From a virus, in IMG/VR virus record IMGVR_UViG_3300012919_000005, positions 1 through 64,000 of that record: DNA of 64,000 bases. One strand, given 5' to 3'. Of the stretch, positions 36,761 to 44,769 are shown piece after piece. Numbering within the stretch: the first letter of the stretch is position 1; the number at the start of each line of letters is the position of its first letter. The notes under the pieces are model-generated. The model was not told the DNA's origin and searched no databases. It was given only the letters and a program-made list of their open reading frames with translations. The translations under genes were made by a program, and so were the position numbers.

Positions 36761-37567
36761 ATCAAAAACAAAAAAAACAAGGGGATTTCTGACTCGCCAA
36801 GCAAGTAGTAATCTGAGCATTAGCCAGCATCACTACAGCGAGAGTCAGAAACCACGAGAGGCATCTCATTAAATATTGCCGTATGCTCTTTCAATGATTA
36901 GAGGGACACGATATCAGAGTAAATCATTCGACAGTTGCAGGTTGCTAGTAGTTAACAGATTCACGGAAGAATAAGGGAACTAGCCGTTTTAACTCAAACG
37001 ATAAGGAGTAAGTGCAATACTACAGCAGTAAGTGTGTAAGTGCGTAGTCTCAACCGATTCGGTAGCAGACATAAGAAGACCTTCTCACGAGGGCAAAGCC
37101 GACCAGTTAGCCTGTAGTTCCCACTTCTCGAGCAGTTTGTCGAAACTTAAAAACCTACGGGATTACGCAGTATTACAGTAGTAAAACAGTAAATCTTCGC
37201 GTGATTGACACCAGATACAGCGATAATATCAGGGAGTGTTTAGTAGCAAAACGCTTCGGTCATCAAGTCCTGCAGATGTAGGAAACGACAGATAAAGGTG
37301 AACTACCATAAGAACGGCATCTCTATCTCTAGTGTAAAAGTGATGATTGTAAAGAGACGCTATAGTAGACAAATGACTTCTCGAACATCATTTGAAGTTT
37401 GCTAGAGTTCTTTACCAAACTAGCACTTTCAACCTAGTGTAAAAGGTGTAGGTTTTTAGGACGCTATTGTAATAAAATGCCGACCTACTGCACGACAAAG
37501 GAGTAAACTTTCTAACTGTGTAAACAGATTAAGTTTGAAGGGCGACTCTTCGGAGTCGTCTTTTTTT
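36761..37567 (+). ncRNA. Putative large (~800 nt) structured ncRNA
   Basis: Own promoter and terminator; no ORF of 60 aa or more on either strand; many local and long-range helices. Confidence 0.7.
37538..37567 (+). terminator. Intrinsic terminator
   Basis: GGCGACTC-TTCG-GAGTCGTC plus T7. Confidence 0.9.
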
Positions 37568-37668
37568 GTCTCAAATGCAGATATCACAAAATTTCAAGGT
37601 TAATTTAAAAAAGTTCTTGACAAACAACTTAACGCTTGATATAATATATAGTATAAAAAGGAGAAAAA

Positions 37669-38016
37669 ATGGATATATGGACAATGCTTAAACAAATTGA
37701 GAAGTCTGGAGACTGCTTAATTTATGGAGTGCTAGAGATACAAGGTGTAGCAGAAGATTTATCTGGCTGGCCTGAGTTCGATAGTAGTGAACCTATGAGC
37801 CACTTATATCTCATGGATTCACAGGACATACCAAAGCAACTTATGTTAGATGCCTTTCAAGTAGCATACAACAATACAAGTTGCGAGTATGACTCTTACA
37901 ACAATATGCTAGAAGCAGTTGGAGAGTATATAATAGAAGAATTAAAAAAGAAGCAGTGCGTATGTGGAACAATAGATTGTGAAGATGCATATGGCTGCGT
38001 AACACACGGAGTATAA
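37669..38016 (+). CDS. Hypothetical early protein with C-terminal Cys/His cluster
   Basis: Promoter at 37617-37645, AGGAG RBS; CVCG...C...C...H. Confidence 0.7.
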   Translation: MDIWTMLKQIEKSGDCLIYGVLEIQGVAEDLSGWPEFDSSEPMSHLYLMDSQDIPKQLMLDAFQVAYNNTSCEYDSYNNMLEAVGEYIIEELKKKQCVCGTIDCEDAYGCVTHGV

Positions 38017-38018
38017 GA

Positions 38019-38309
38019 ATGGCAGATAGTAGAAAAACGAAGGGAGTCAAAGGCGACCAAAGTGGTAAAGTGATGCCATTCCCAACTCTCGATAGAGTAG
38101 CATTCTATAGAGAACACTTACAAAGAAGTATGCGTTCTACATTAGAGTTATACTCTGAATACATAAACATACAGGATAGGCTAGTATCAGAAGTAATAGA
38201 GTGCGAAAACTGTATGCTAGAATTAGTAGAAGAAATAGGCAGACTTGAAAAAGTCTTAAATCAAACGGCAATACATCAAAAGGAGGTGCACGATGCCAGC
38301 AAAATTTAA
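38019..38309 (+). CDS. Hypothetical coiled-coil protein
   Basis: GGAG RBS; in operon. Confidence 0.6.
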   Translation: MADSRKTKGVKGDQSGKVMPFPTLDRVAFYREHLQRSMRSTLELYSEYINIQDRLVSEVIECENCMLELVEEIGRLEKVLNQTAIHQKEVHDASKI

Positions 38310-38511
38310 ACCAAGTGAAAAAATATACAAGCGAGGAGTTCCTGCTAGTAAACAAAAAACTAGGCATTACTACCTGCACAACACACCAAAGCAAGAGTTA
38401 TTTGATTACATCAATAAACATAATGCTAAACCTAAAATTAGACAAAAGTGCTTAAACGAATTAGTTCGCAGAGGTATCAAAGTAGTCTGGGAGGTGCAAA
38501 GTGGCAGTTAA
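38293..38511 (+). CDS. Small basic hypothetical protein
   Basis: AGGAGG RBS; KCLNELVRRG. Confidence 0.65.
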   Translation: MPAKFKPSEKIYKRGVPASKQKTRHYYLHNTPKQELFDYINKHNAKPKIRQKCLNELVRRGIKVVWEVQSGS

Positions 38512-38644
38512 AAGTAGATGGCAACAAGCACATACCTCGCACAAGAAGAAAACGGCACAAGGCGATTCTCACCCAAGAATTAGCTTAAACATGAACAAAA
38601 ATAAAAAGCGTTCATTTAAAAAATACAGGGGGCAAGGCAGATGA
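38501..38644 (+). CDS. Small basic protein ending KKYRGQGR
   Basis: Own translation; GTG start with GGAGG RBS. Confidence 0.55.
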   Translation: MAVKSRWQQAHTSHKKKTAQGDSHPRISLNMNKNKKRSFKKYRGQGR

Positions 38645-38929
38645 GAATAGTATATCTTCCCCAGACCGAGTATAAAAACTACCAACGCAAAGTAGCAAAA
38701 CTTAAGCAAAAGGGCATTAATTTAGACATAGTAGTAGCACAACCAAAGAAAAGAAAGGTAAAGCTAACTGTAAACACTGAATACGATTGGCAGGAGTTAG
38801 ACAGACTATGCGAAAGTTAATCAAAAAAATTAACCACGAAGTATGGCGACCTTATGATAGTGGAGTAGTAGATAATCTACTGCTTACTATCGGGGTCGCT
38901 TTTTTCGTATATATAATAGGAGTAGGCAT

Positions 38930-39328
38930 ATGATAAATGAATATGGCAAATTTGTGGACTCCACCACAAGTAGCGAATCTAAGTATACAGGTGACCTAGT
39001 AGCAAGACTAACAGTTTTGCAGACCAAACACAAAGATATCGCATGGAGTAGATTAATGACTTCTGCTATAGGAATGTTAGCAGAAAGTGGTGAATTTGCT
39101 GAAATAATGAAAAAGATATTATTTCAAGGCAAAGTAATGAATGATGATAATAGGTATCATATGAAGCGTGAACTAGGAGATATCCTTTGGTATTGGATTC
39201 AAGGGTGCATTGCGCTAGGTTATGAACCTGAAGATGTAATGAAAGAGAATATTTCAAAGCTAGAAAGTAGATATCCGAATGGTTTTGAGATTGCAAGAAG
39301 CGAATACAGACAAGAGGGGGATATATAA
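38930..39328 (+). CDS. mazG: MazG-like nucleotide pyrophosphohydrolase
   Basis: ESGEFAEIMKK, RELGDILWY and NISKLESRYP motifs. Confidence 0.88.
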   Translation: MINEYGKFVDSTTSSESKYTGDLVARLTVLQTKHKDIAWSRLMTSAIGMLAESGEFAEIMKKILFQGKVMNDDNRYHMKRELGDILWYWIQGCIALGYEPEDVMKENISKLESRYPNGFEIARSEYRQEGDI

Positions 39329-39933
39329 TGGCAAATCATGTATATTTTAATATAGACCTAAGTTTAGATGCAGGTCAATCAGAATTAGTAGAGAAACTAG
39401 GTAATTCTTGTCGCCATGCTCAGGGAGAGATGCAGTGGATAACTTATGAAGTAGAAACTCTACCTATATATCCTGTGCCTTATGATGAAGAAGACTGGTA
39501 TAGCTGGGGTTGTGAACAAATGGGAGCTAAGTGGGTGAGCGTAGATGACTGGAATGAGAATATTATTAGTGGTCATTCAGCTTGGAGTCCTCCAATACCT
39601 TTTATTACAAACCTAATACAACACATATACGACCAAGTAGGTGGTATACCTAGTGCAAAAATGACATATGAAGACGAGTTTAGAAACTTTATAGGAGTGT
39701 GTGAAGTATGGATTACAGGTGATGATGTGGATTGGGATTACTACGAAGTAGAAGGTAGTGATTTGAATGAAGCTATGCAAGAGTGGAGTGGCTGGGATAT
39801 TGACAGTCCAGAGTTTGACTGGTGGGCTTTAACTGAAGCTAAAAATGGTGATAAGTATGAGCCTCAAGAAGTAATAGATGAAATGGTCTATGGCTTCTTT
39901 GAAGATAAGGAAGTAAAGGTGAGACATGACTAA
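39328..39933 (+). CDS. Acidic protein, DUF1281/YubB-like
   Basis: WYSW...GAKW...SAWSPP motif. Confidence 0.55.
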   Translation: MANHVYFNIDLSLDAGQSELVEKLGNSCRHAQGEMQWITYEVETLPIYPVPYDEEDWYSWGCEQMGAKWVSVDDWNENIISGHSAWSPPIPFITNLIQHIYDQVGGIPSAKMTYEDEFRNFIGVCEVWITGDDVDWDYYEVEGSDLNEAMQEWSGWDIDSPEFDWWALTEAKNGDKYEPQEVIDEMVYGFFEDKEVKVRHD

Positions 39934-40066
39934 GCAAATGAGAAAAAGACAGAAGAAGTTAGAATACGAACTAGCGAAAACAAAACACACGCTTGAACTT
40001 ATAAGAACGATAGTGCCAGTTGCAGTTCTAATTCTACAAGTAGTAATTCTAAGTAAGGTGATATAA
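39926..40066 (+). CDS. 46 aa tail-anchored peptide
   Basis: Own translation ...LELIRTIVPVAVLILQVVILSKVI. Confidence 0.6.
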   Translation: MTKQMRKRQKKLEYELAKTKHTLELIRTIVPVAVLILQVVILSKVI

Positions 40067-40323
40067 TGACTGAGTATAGTGAAAGAGTAGTAAAACGAGC
40101 TAAAGAAATAGCTGCTGAAGCTTGGGCAGGTAAAATAAGGGATATTCATATGCACAGGCTAAACAGTATGTGGTATGAGCCAGAACCTGATGTTGCTAAA
40201 GACCAAGGCGTGACTGATATAACCTACAATAGTGGTAAAATTACGAGAGATGGTAAGACGATTGTAGAGGGAGTAACTGGAGAAGACCTAATATCAAAAT
40301 GGGAGAAAACGAATGAATTATAG
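40066..40323 (+). CDS. Hypothetical protein
   Basis: TAATG-coupled ORF. Confidence 0.6.
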   Translation: MTEYSERVVKRAKEIAAEAWAGKIRDIHMHRLNSMWYEPEPDVAKDQGVTDITYNSGKITRDGKTIVEGVTGEDLISKWEKTNEL

Positions 40324-40639
40324 TAAAGAAATGACGCTAGATATGGTGAGTTGTTATAAGGAAGCTCCAAACCGTGCCACCGTTGCGATTCTCGCAGAAA
40401 GGTATGGCAAGTCGGAGAAGTCAATAATTGGAAAGCTATCTAAAGAAGGTGTGTATCAAAGGCAAGAGTATAAAACAAAAGCTGGAGAGAAGCCAATAAC
40501 AAAGGCTGAGATAGTAGAAAATCTAAGTGGAGAACTGAACGAAAATTTGAGTGGGCTAGAGAAAGCTCCGAAAGAAGTATTAAAACGATTGTGGTTTGCA
40601 CTAGAGGAATATAGATGGAGGGCAATATGCGAAGACTAG
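40313..40639 (+). CDS. A2-like DNA-binding paralog
   Basis: NYSKEM...KSIIGKLSKEGVY...LEKAPK aligns with the 36122 ORF. Confidence 0.7.
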   Translation: MNYSKEMTLDMVSCYKEAPNRATVAILAERYGKSEKSIIGKLSKEGVYQRQEYKTKAGEKPITKAEIVENLSGELNENLSGLEKAPKEVLKRLWFALEEYRWRAICED

Positions 40640-40848
40640 TAATGACAAGTAGAGGACTCGGAGTGTGCGAAGGAGTACAAAAACGACATGGAGATTTATT
40701 ATACCTAGAAGTGACGCTAAAGACTGGAGAAAAATTCTGGGAAATGAATACGGATTGTCGGTATATAGACCTTGAAGTTGAAATTGAGGAAATGAAAAGA
40801 CGCAAAAGATTAGACCAAATTACAGGAAAAATAGATAAAAAATTTTGA
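40615..40848 (+). CDS. Hypothetical protein
   Basis: Overlapping ORF at the operon end. Confidence 0.55.
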   Translation: MEGNMRRLVMTSRGLGVCEGVQKRHGDLLYLEVTLKTGEKFWEMNTDCRYIDLEVEIEEMKRRKRLDQITGKIDKKF

Positions 40849-40894
40849 AGTTGGGCGAAGTCGTCGCTTAGATTAGACGCATTTGTAGTAAATT

Positions 40895-41090
40895 AATGAA
40901 AGACCGATTGCATGTTAGTAGTCGGTCTTATATATTATTTATTTAGATTAAAACTGTTTCTCTCGGTTTTTGCTCTCGTTTCATCTCTAGTCTCTTCTTC
41001 GCTTACGCTCGAAGAGCCTTAGTCAAAGATAAATCGAGAAAACCTTCGAGAGGAAAGAGATTACAATTACTAAAGTAATTAATATAATTT
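40895..41090 (-). ncRNA. Putative rod-shaped ncRNA or origin-associated hairpin
   Basis: Promoter TTGCTT-17-TATAAT at 41097-41125; long bulged hairpin 40957-41056 with a GUAA loop; terminal hairpin 40900-40929. Confidence 0.45.
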
Positions 41091-41170
41091 ACATATATTA
41101 TACCACAACTTTTGCAAGAAAGCAAGTGATATTTTTGGGTAGGTTATCATTTGAGGGGTCTGGGAGCGTC

Positions 41171-41398
41171 TTATCTCCGAGAAAATTTATTCCTCTGACG
41201 ATAGTTAGTAGGATTTTGATTGGATTTTTTAAGATGTCTCTTCTTTCCTTCGTTCTTTTTGCGTTTGCGTTTTGCTGTTGGTTTCTCATAAAATTCAAGT
41301 TCACGGCATCTTTCTTTTATCTTAGCCGTCTCACATTTCTTACGAAAAATCCGAATTGCCTTTTCTGTAGGCATATTTTTACAATAAACGCTAGGCAT
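41171..41398 (-). CDS. rpsU: Ribosomal protein bS21
   Basis: EKAIRIFRKKCE...EFYEKPTAKRKRK matches the bS21 pattern. Confidence 0.88.
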   Translation of the reverse strand: MPSVYCKNMPTEKAIRIFRKKCETAKIKERCRELEFYEKPTAKRKRKKNEGKKRHLKKSNQNPTNYRQRNKFSRR

Positions 41399-41561
41399 TT
41401 ACCACCTTTCCAAAAGTCCAACCTCGTTTTCGAAGGTAATGTATTTGAGAATAAAGTTGCTGTTCACTTACCTTTAGCTCTTTACATATCTCGCTAGTAG
41501 GTAATACACGATAATTATCGCGTAAGTATTGTTTTTCAGCCTGAGTCCATCTTTTATTCAT
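41391..41561 (-). CDS. Small HTH protein (leaderless)
   Basis: MNKRWTQAEKQYLR...QIHYLRKRG; promoter at 41568-41596. Confidence 0.7.
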   Translation of the reverse strand: MNKRWTQAEKQYLRDNYRVLPTSEICKELKVSEQQLYSQIHYLRKRGWTFGKVVNA

Positions 41562-41864
41562 ACACATATTATACAAAAATTCTGAGCATAAGTCAAGAAT
41601 TATTTTTCACCATCTTAAAAATTGTTCTTGACTTGGCTTCAAAATAGTAGTATAATATATACATTAATTTAAGGAAAACAATATGAATAATGATATCGCA
41701 TTTTTAATTTGGTTAATTCTGACAAATATAGCAACTTACTTTTATTGTAAGTCATATTTTATAAAATTTACCATAGATGTTCTTGATGAAAAAGGCTTAC
41801 TGTTAGAAGAACCAAACGGAAAATAATTCTTGACAGCAGGTGCAAAATTTAGTATAATATATCT

Positions 41865-42025
41865 GTAGTTAGATTAATCTAGCTAAGGGATTTGGGAAGG
41901 ACATAATCCGTTCTATAAAACAAGTTCTTTCTGCATCTAAAGACATTCGTTTTAGGATTATGGGAACTACTACCGAAAGGAGTAGAAATATAACAGATGC
42001 AAAGCTTACTGAAAAGGAGTAAACA
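41865..42025 (+). promoter_or_regulatory. Structured 5' leader of hsp20
   Basis: Promoter at 41830-41858; several helices, a possible pseudoknot, and an SD-overlapping hairpin. Confidence 0.55.
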
Positions 42026-42421
42026 ATGACAATAGATAACCTATTATATAAGCACTTTCTCGGCTTTGACGAGAGATTTTTTAACCCTGTCGAAGATACA
42101 CAATATCCTCGACATAATATAGTAACACACGGTGATGACTACTTTCGAATTGAAATGGCGTTGCCAGGCTGGATAAAAGAGAACATTAAAGTCCAATTAG
42201 ACAAGCGAGTCTTGACTATTGAAGGCACACAAAAACTCGAGTGTGGAGAAGAAGAACAATATTTACACAAAGGAATAAGTGGAAAAATGTTTAAGAGAAC
42301 ATTCTCATTGGGTGAGTTCATAGAAATCCAAGGAGTAAAGTTTGAAAACGGCTTGCTAAGCATTGAATTAGAGAAAGTCATACCCGAAGATAAAAAACCA
42401 AAGGTATATGACATTCAATGA
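42026..42421 (+). CDS. Small heat-shock protein Hsp20 (IbpA-like)
   Basis: YPRHNI, IEMALPG, YLHKGIS, FKRTFSL and ENGLLSI motifs. Confidence 0.92.
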   Translation: MTIDNLLYKHFLGFDERFFNPVEDTQYPRHNIVTHGDDYFRIEMALPGWIKENIKVQLDKRVLTIEGTQKLECGEEEQYLHKGISGKMFKRTFSLGEFIEIQGVKFENGLLSIELEKVIPEDKKPKVYDIQ

Positions 42422-42570
42422 AAACAAAAATTTACGAATTAAAAACTTTAATTTGTGAAGACGGCAGGTTCTGTGATGCTACTATGAACTACATACTAAT
42501 AATCGCTTTCGGCGCAGTAGTATGGAATAGTATCGTTTCACTTACCTAAAGAAATTACAGGGAAAAGTTT

Positions 42571-42592
42571 GGGGAGCTTCGGCTCCCCTTTT
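42571..42592 (+). terminator. Intrinsic terminator
   Basis: GGGGAGC-TTCG-GCTCCCC-TTTT. Confidence 0.85.
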
Positions 42593-42604
42593 ATGGAACA
42601 ATAT

Positions 42605-43045
42605 ATGAAAATATCAGAAAACGGACTTGAAATTATCAAGCATTTTGAAGGCTTAGAATTAGAAGCCTATAAATGCGCAGCCAATGTATTGACTATCGGT
42701 TATGGACATACAGCAGGAGTGCAGGAAGGTGATGTCTGGTCTGAAGAACAAGCAAATGAACAATTAGAAATCGACATGGAAGAATATGCTGGGTATATAA
42801 ACGACCTAGTAACATGTCCCCTATCACAAAACCAGTTTGACGCCCTAGTATCTTGGGTTTACAATCTCGGCCCCGCTAATCTAAAAGCATCTACTTTATT
42901 AAAACGGCTCAATGCAGGAGACTATTCTGATGTGCCAAATCAAATAAAAAGGTGGAACAAAGCTGGAGGAAAAGTTTTAGAAGGCTTAGTAAGAAGACGA
43001 GAAGCAGAAGCGTTAATGTTTGAGGGAAAGGAGTGGAATCACTAA
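42605..43045 (+). CDS. Endolysin, GH24 lysozyme
   Basis: FEGLELEAY, TIGYGHT, QFDALVSW and GLVRRREAE motifs. Confidence 0.93.
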   Translation: MKISENGLEIIKHFEGLELEAYKCAANVLTIGYGHTAGVQEGDVWSEEQANEQLEIDMEEYAGYINDLVTCPLSQNQFDALVSWVYNLGPANLKASTLLKRLNAGDYSDVPNQIKRWNKAGGKVLEGLVRRREAEALMFEGKEWNH

Positions 43046-43399
43046 TCGAACAACTACAAATAGTAGTAAGCAATTTAAACAGAAGAGTCTCAGAGTTAGA
43101 GAAAGATTCACACCCAGCAATAGGGCTGTGTGAATTTGAGGGCTTCAAAGAGTTATTAGAGAGGATAGAAAAATTAGAAAGCAATTTGAAAGATTCAAAC
43201 AATGGATAATCAGTTTATTCACTGAGAGGTATAAACTTACAGTAAGTTATAACTCTACATATGGAGACGCTGATGACCAGAGCTTTGTTGTAAAGAAATT
43301 TTATTACAAACAAGATAAGTATATCTCTTTTAAAACAGTAGACAATGAAGTTGTAGAGATAAGAGGAGCGGAAGGTTTAAATTATAGGATAAGTAAATT

Positions 43400-43810
43400 A
43401 TGAATCAATTTTATATAGGGATTATATTAGTGTTAGGTTTAGGAAGCTATTGGTTATATAATGAGAATCAAACACTAAAAGAAAACAATGCCCAATTACA
43501 AGTAGGTATTGAAACACAAGAAAAAACAATAGAGTCTTTAAAAAATGACTTTGCATTACAGGGAGAAGCTTTAGGCACTCTACAGGCAAAGAATAACGAG
43601 ATAGAGTTAGAAATGAATCGCTATCTTGACATTTTTAAAAGACATAATTTAACCAAGTTAGCTGCTGCAAAGCCAGGCTTGATAGAATCAAGAGCTAACA
43701 AAGCAACGAAAGAGGTATTTGATGGAATTGAAAACGACAGTAGGGATATTGACAACCTTGATAATGGTGTCGAACTGCTCCCTACTCCCAACGAAGACAT
43801 TAGAGGTTAG
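43400..43810 (+). CDS. Putative i-spanin (Rz-like)
   Basis: N-terminal TM plus coiled coil; follows the endolysin. Confidence 0.65.
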   Translation: MNQFYIGIILVLGLGSYWLYNENQTLKENNAQLQVGIETQEKTIESLKNDFALQGEALGTLQAKNNEIELEMNRYLDIFKRHNLTKLAAAKPGLIESRANKATKEVFDGIENDSRDIDNLDNGVELLPTPNEDIRG

Positions 43811-44084
43811 TGCAGAGCCAATCGAAAGGCAGATAATACAACCTGTTATGCCTCGAGAAATAGATTTGAAGGAGCCATATTGGTATGTGGTTTCATCAAA
43901 AAATCTTGACGAATTTCTTGCTCGTATAGAGAAAGACCAAGGTCAAGTAGTATTTTTTGCTATGTCTGTTCCAGACTACGAACTCATGGCATACAATACT
44001 CAAGAGCTAAAAAGATATATTAGAGAGCTCAAAGAGGTAGTAGTTTACTATAAAACAGTAACGACTACCGAACAAGGAGACTAG
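43719..44084 (+). CDS. Putative o-spanin lipoprotein
   Basis: Lipobox-like MVSNC; overlaps the 3' end of the previous gene. Confidence 0.6.
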   Translation: MMELKTTVGILTTLIMVSNCSLLPTKTLEVSAEPIERQIIQPVMPREIDLKEPYWYVVSSKNLDEFLARIEKDQGQVVFFAMSVPDYELMAYNTQELKRYIRELKEVVVYYKTVTTTEQGD

Positions 44085-44085
44085 A

Positions 44086-44262
44086 ATGTTAGAATTCTTC
44101 GAATGGATTATCCGATGGATACAAATTGTTCCATGGTTAGTTATGGGAGCATCGTTAGTTGCTGCTTTAACTCCTACACCACTCGACGACGGCTGGGTCA
44201 AGAAAATATACAAAATTCTTGATTGGGTCGCATTAAATGTCGGAAAGGCAAAGGATAAATAA
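44086..44262 (+). CDS. 58 aa membrane protein, possible holin
   Basis: Own translation ...GASLVAALTPTPLDD...LNVGKAK; AGGAG RBS. Confidence 0.55.
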   Translation: MLEFFEWIIRWIQIVPWLVMGASLVAALTPTPLDDGWVKKIYKILDWVALNVGKAKDK

Positions 44263-44264
44263 TC

Positions 44265-44642
44265 ATGGCAGATGCAACAACTGACAATTCGAGAAACGAA
44301 GTTCAAATTGATTTAGAAAAGTATATGTCCCTAGTAGATAAACTAGATGCGGCAGAAGATACAATTACTGAACTCAAAGACGAAGCTAAGAAGGCTCGTG
44401 ACCAGCTCGCTCCACCTAAGAGAAAATTTATGGATTTATTCCTAGATGATAATGATATAAATGAGAAAGCTATCATAGGATTTCTTTCTTTCTTCTTAAT
44501 GTTCGTATTCGGAATGTGTGATTTACTCACAGCATTTTGGGGTATGGATTTAAAGATTTCAGATACAATTTACACTTCTTTTGTAGTTGTAACACTAGGA
44601 GCATTTGGTATTTCTGAAGCAGGCAAGGCGTTCGGAAAATAA
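44265..44642 (+). CDS. Coiled-coil protein with two TM helices
   Basis: Hydrophobic C-terminal helices; in the lysis cluster. Confidence 0.6.
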   Translation: MADATTDNSRNEVQIDLEKYMSLVDKLDAAEDTITELKDEAKKARDQLAPPKRKFMDLFLDDNDINEKAIIGFLSFFLMFVFGMCDLLTAFWGMDLKISDTIYTSFVVVTLGAFGISEAGKAFGK

Positions 44643-44769
44643 TTATCTCAATACACGAAAGTCGGACTCACTCGTAGTTCGACTTTCACTTACTCTAACC
44701 CCACATTATCACAAACCTCACTAAAAATAAGTCTTGACAACAGGTTCAAATTTCTGTATAATATGTATT

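Noticed and set aside
36761-37567. Group I/II intron or retron ncRNA
   Set aside because: Does not interrupt a gene; no convincing domain V or P7 motif by eye (a lone GTGCG at ~37040 is insufficient); no reverse transcriptase in the window
35700-37645. Recurrent AAAAATAGTTCTTGACA blocks as CRISPR or mobile-element repeats
   Set aside because: Fully explained as UP element plus -35 of sigma70 promoters
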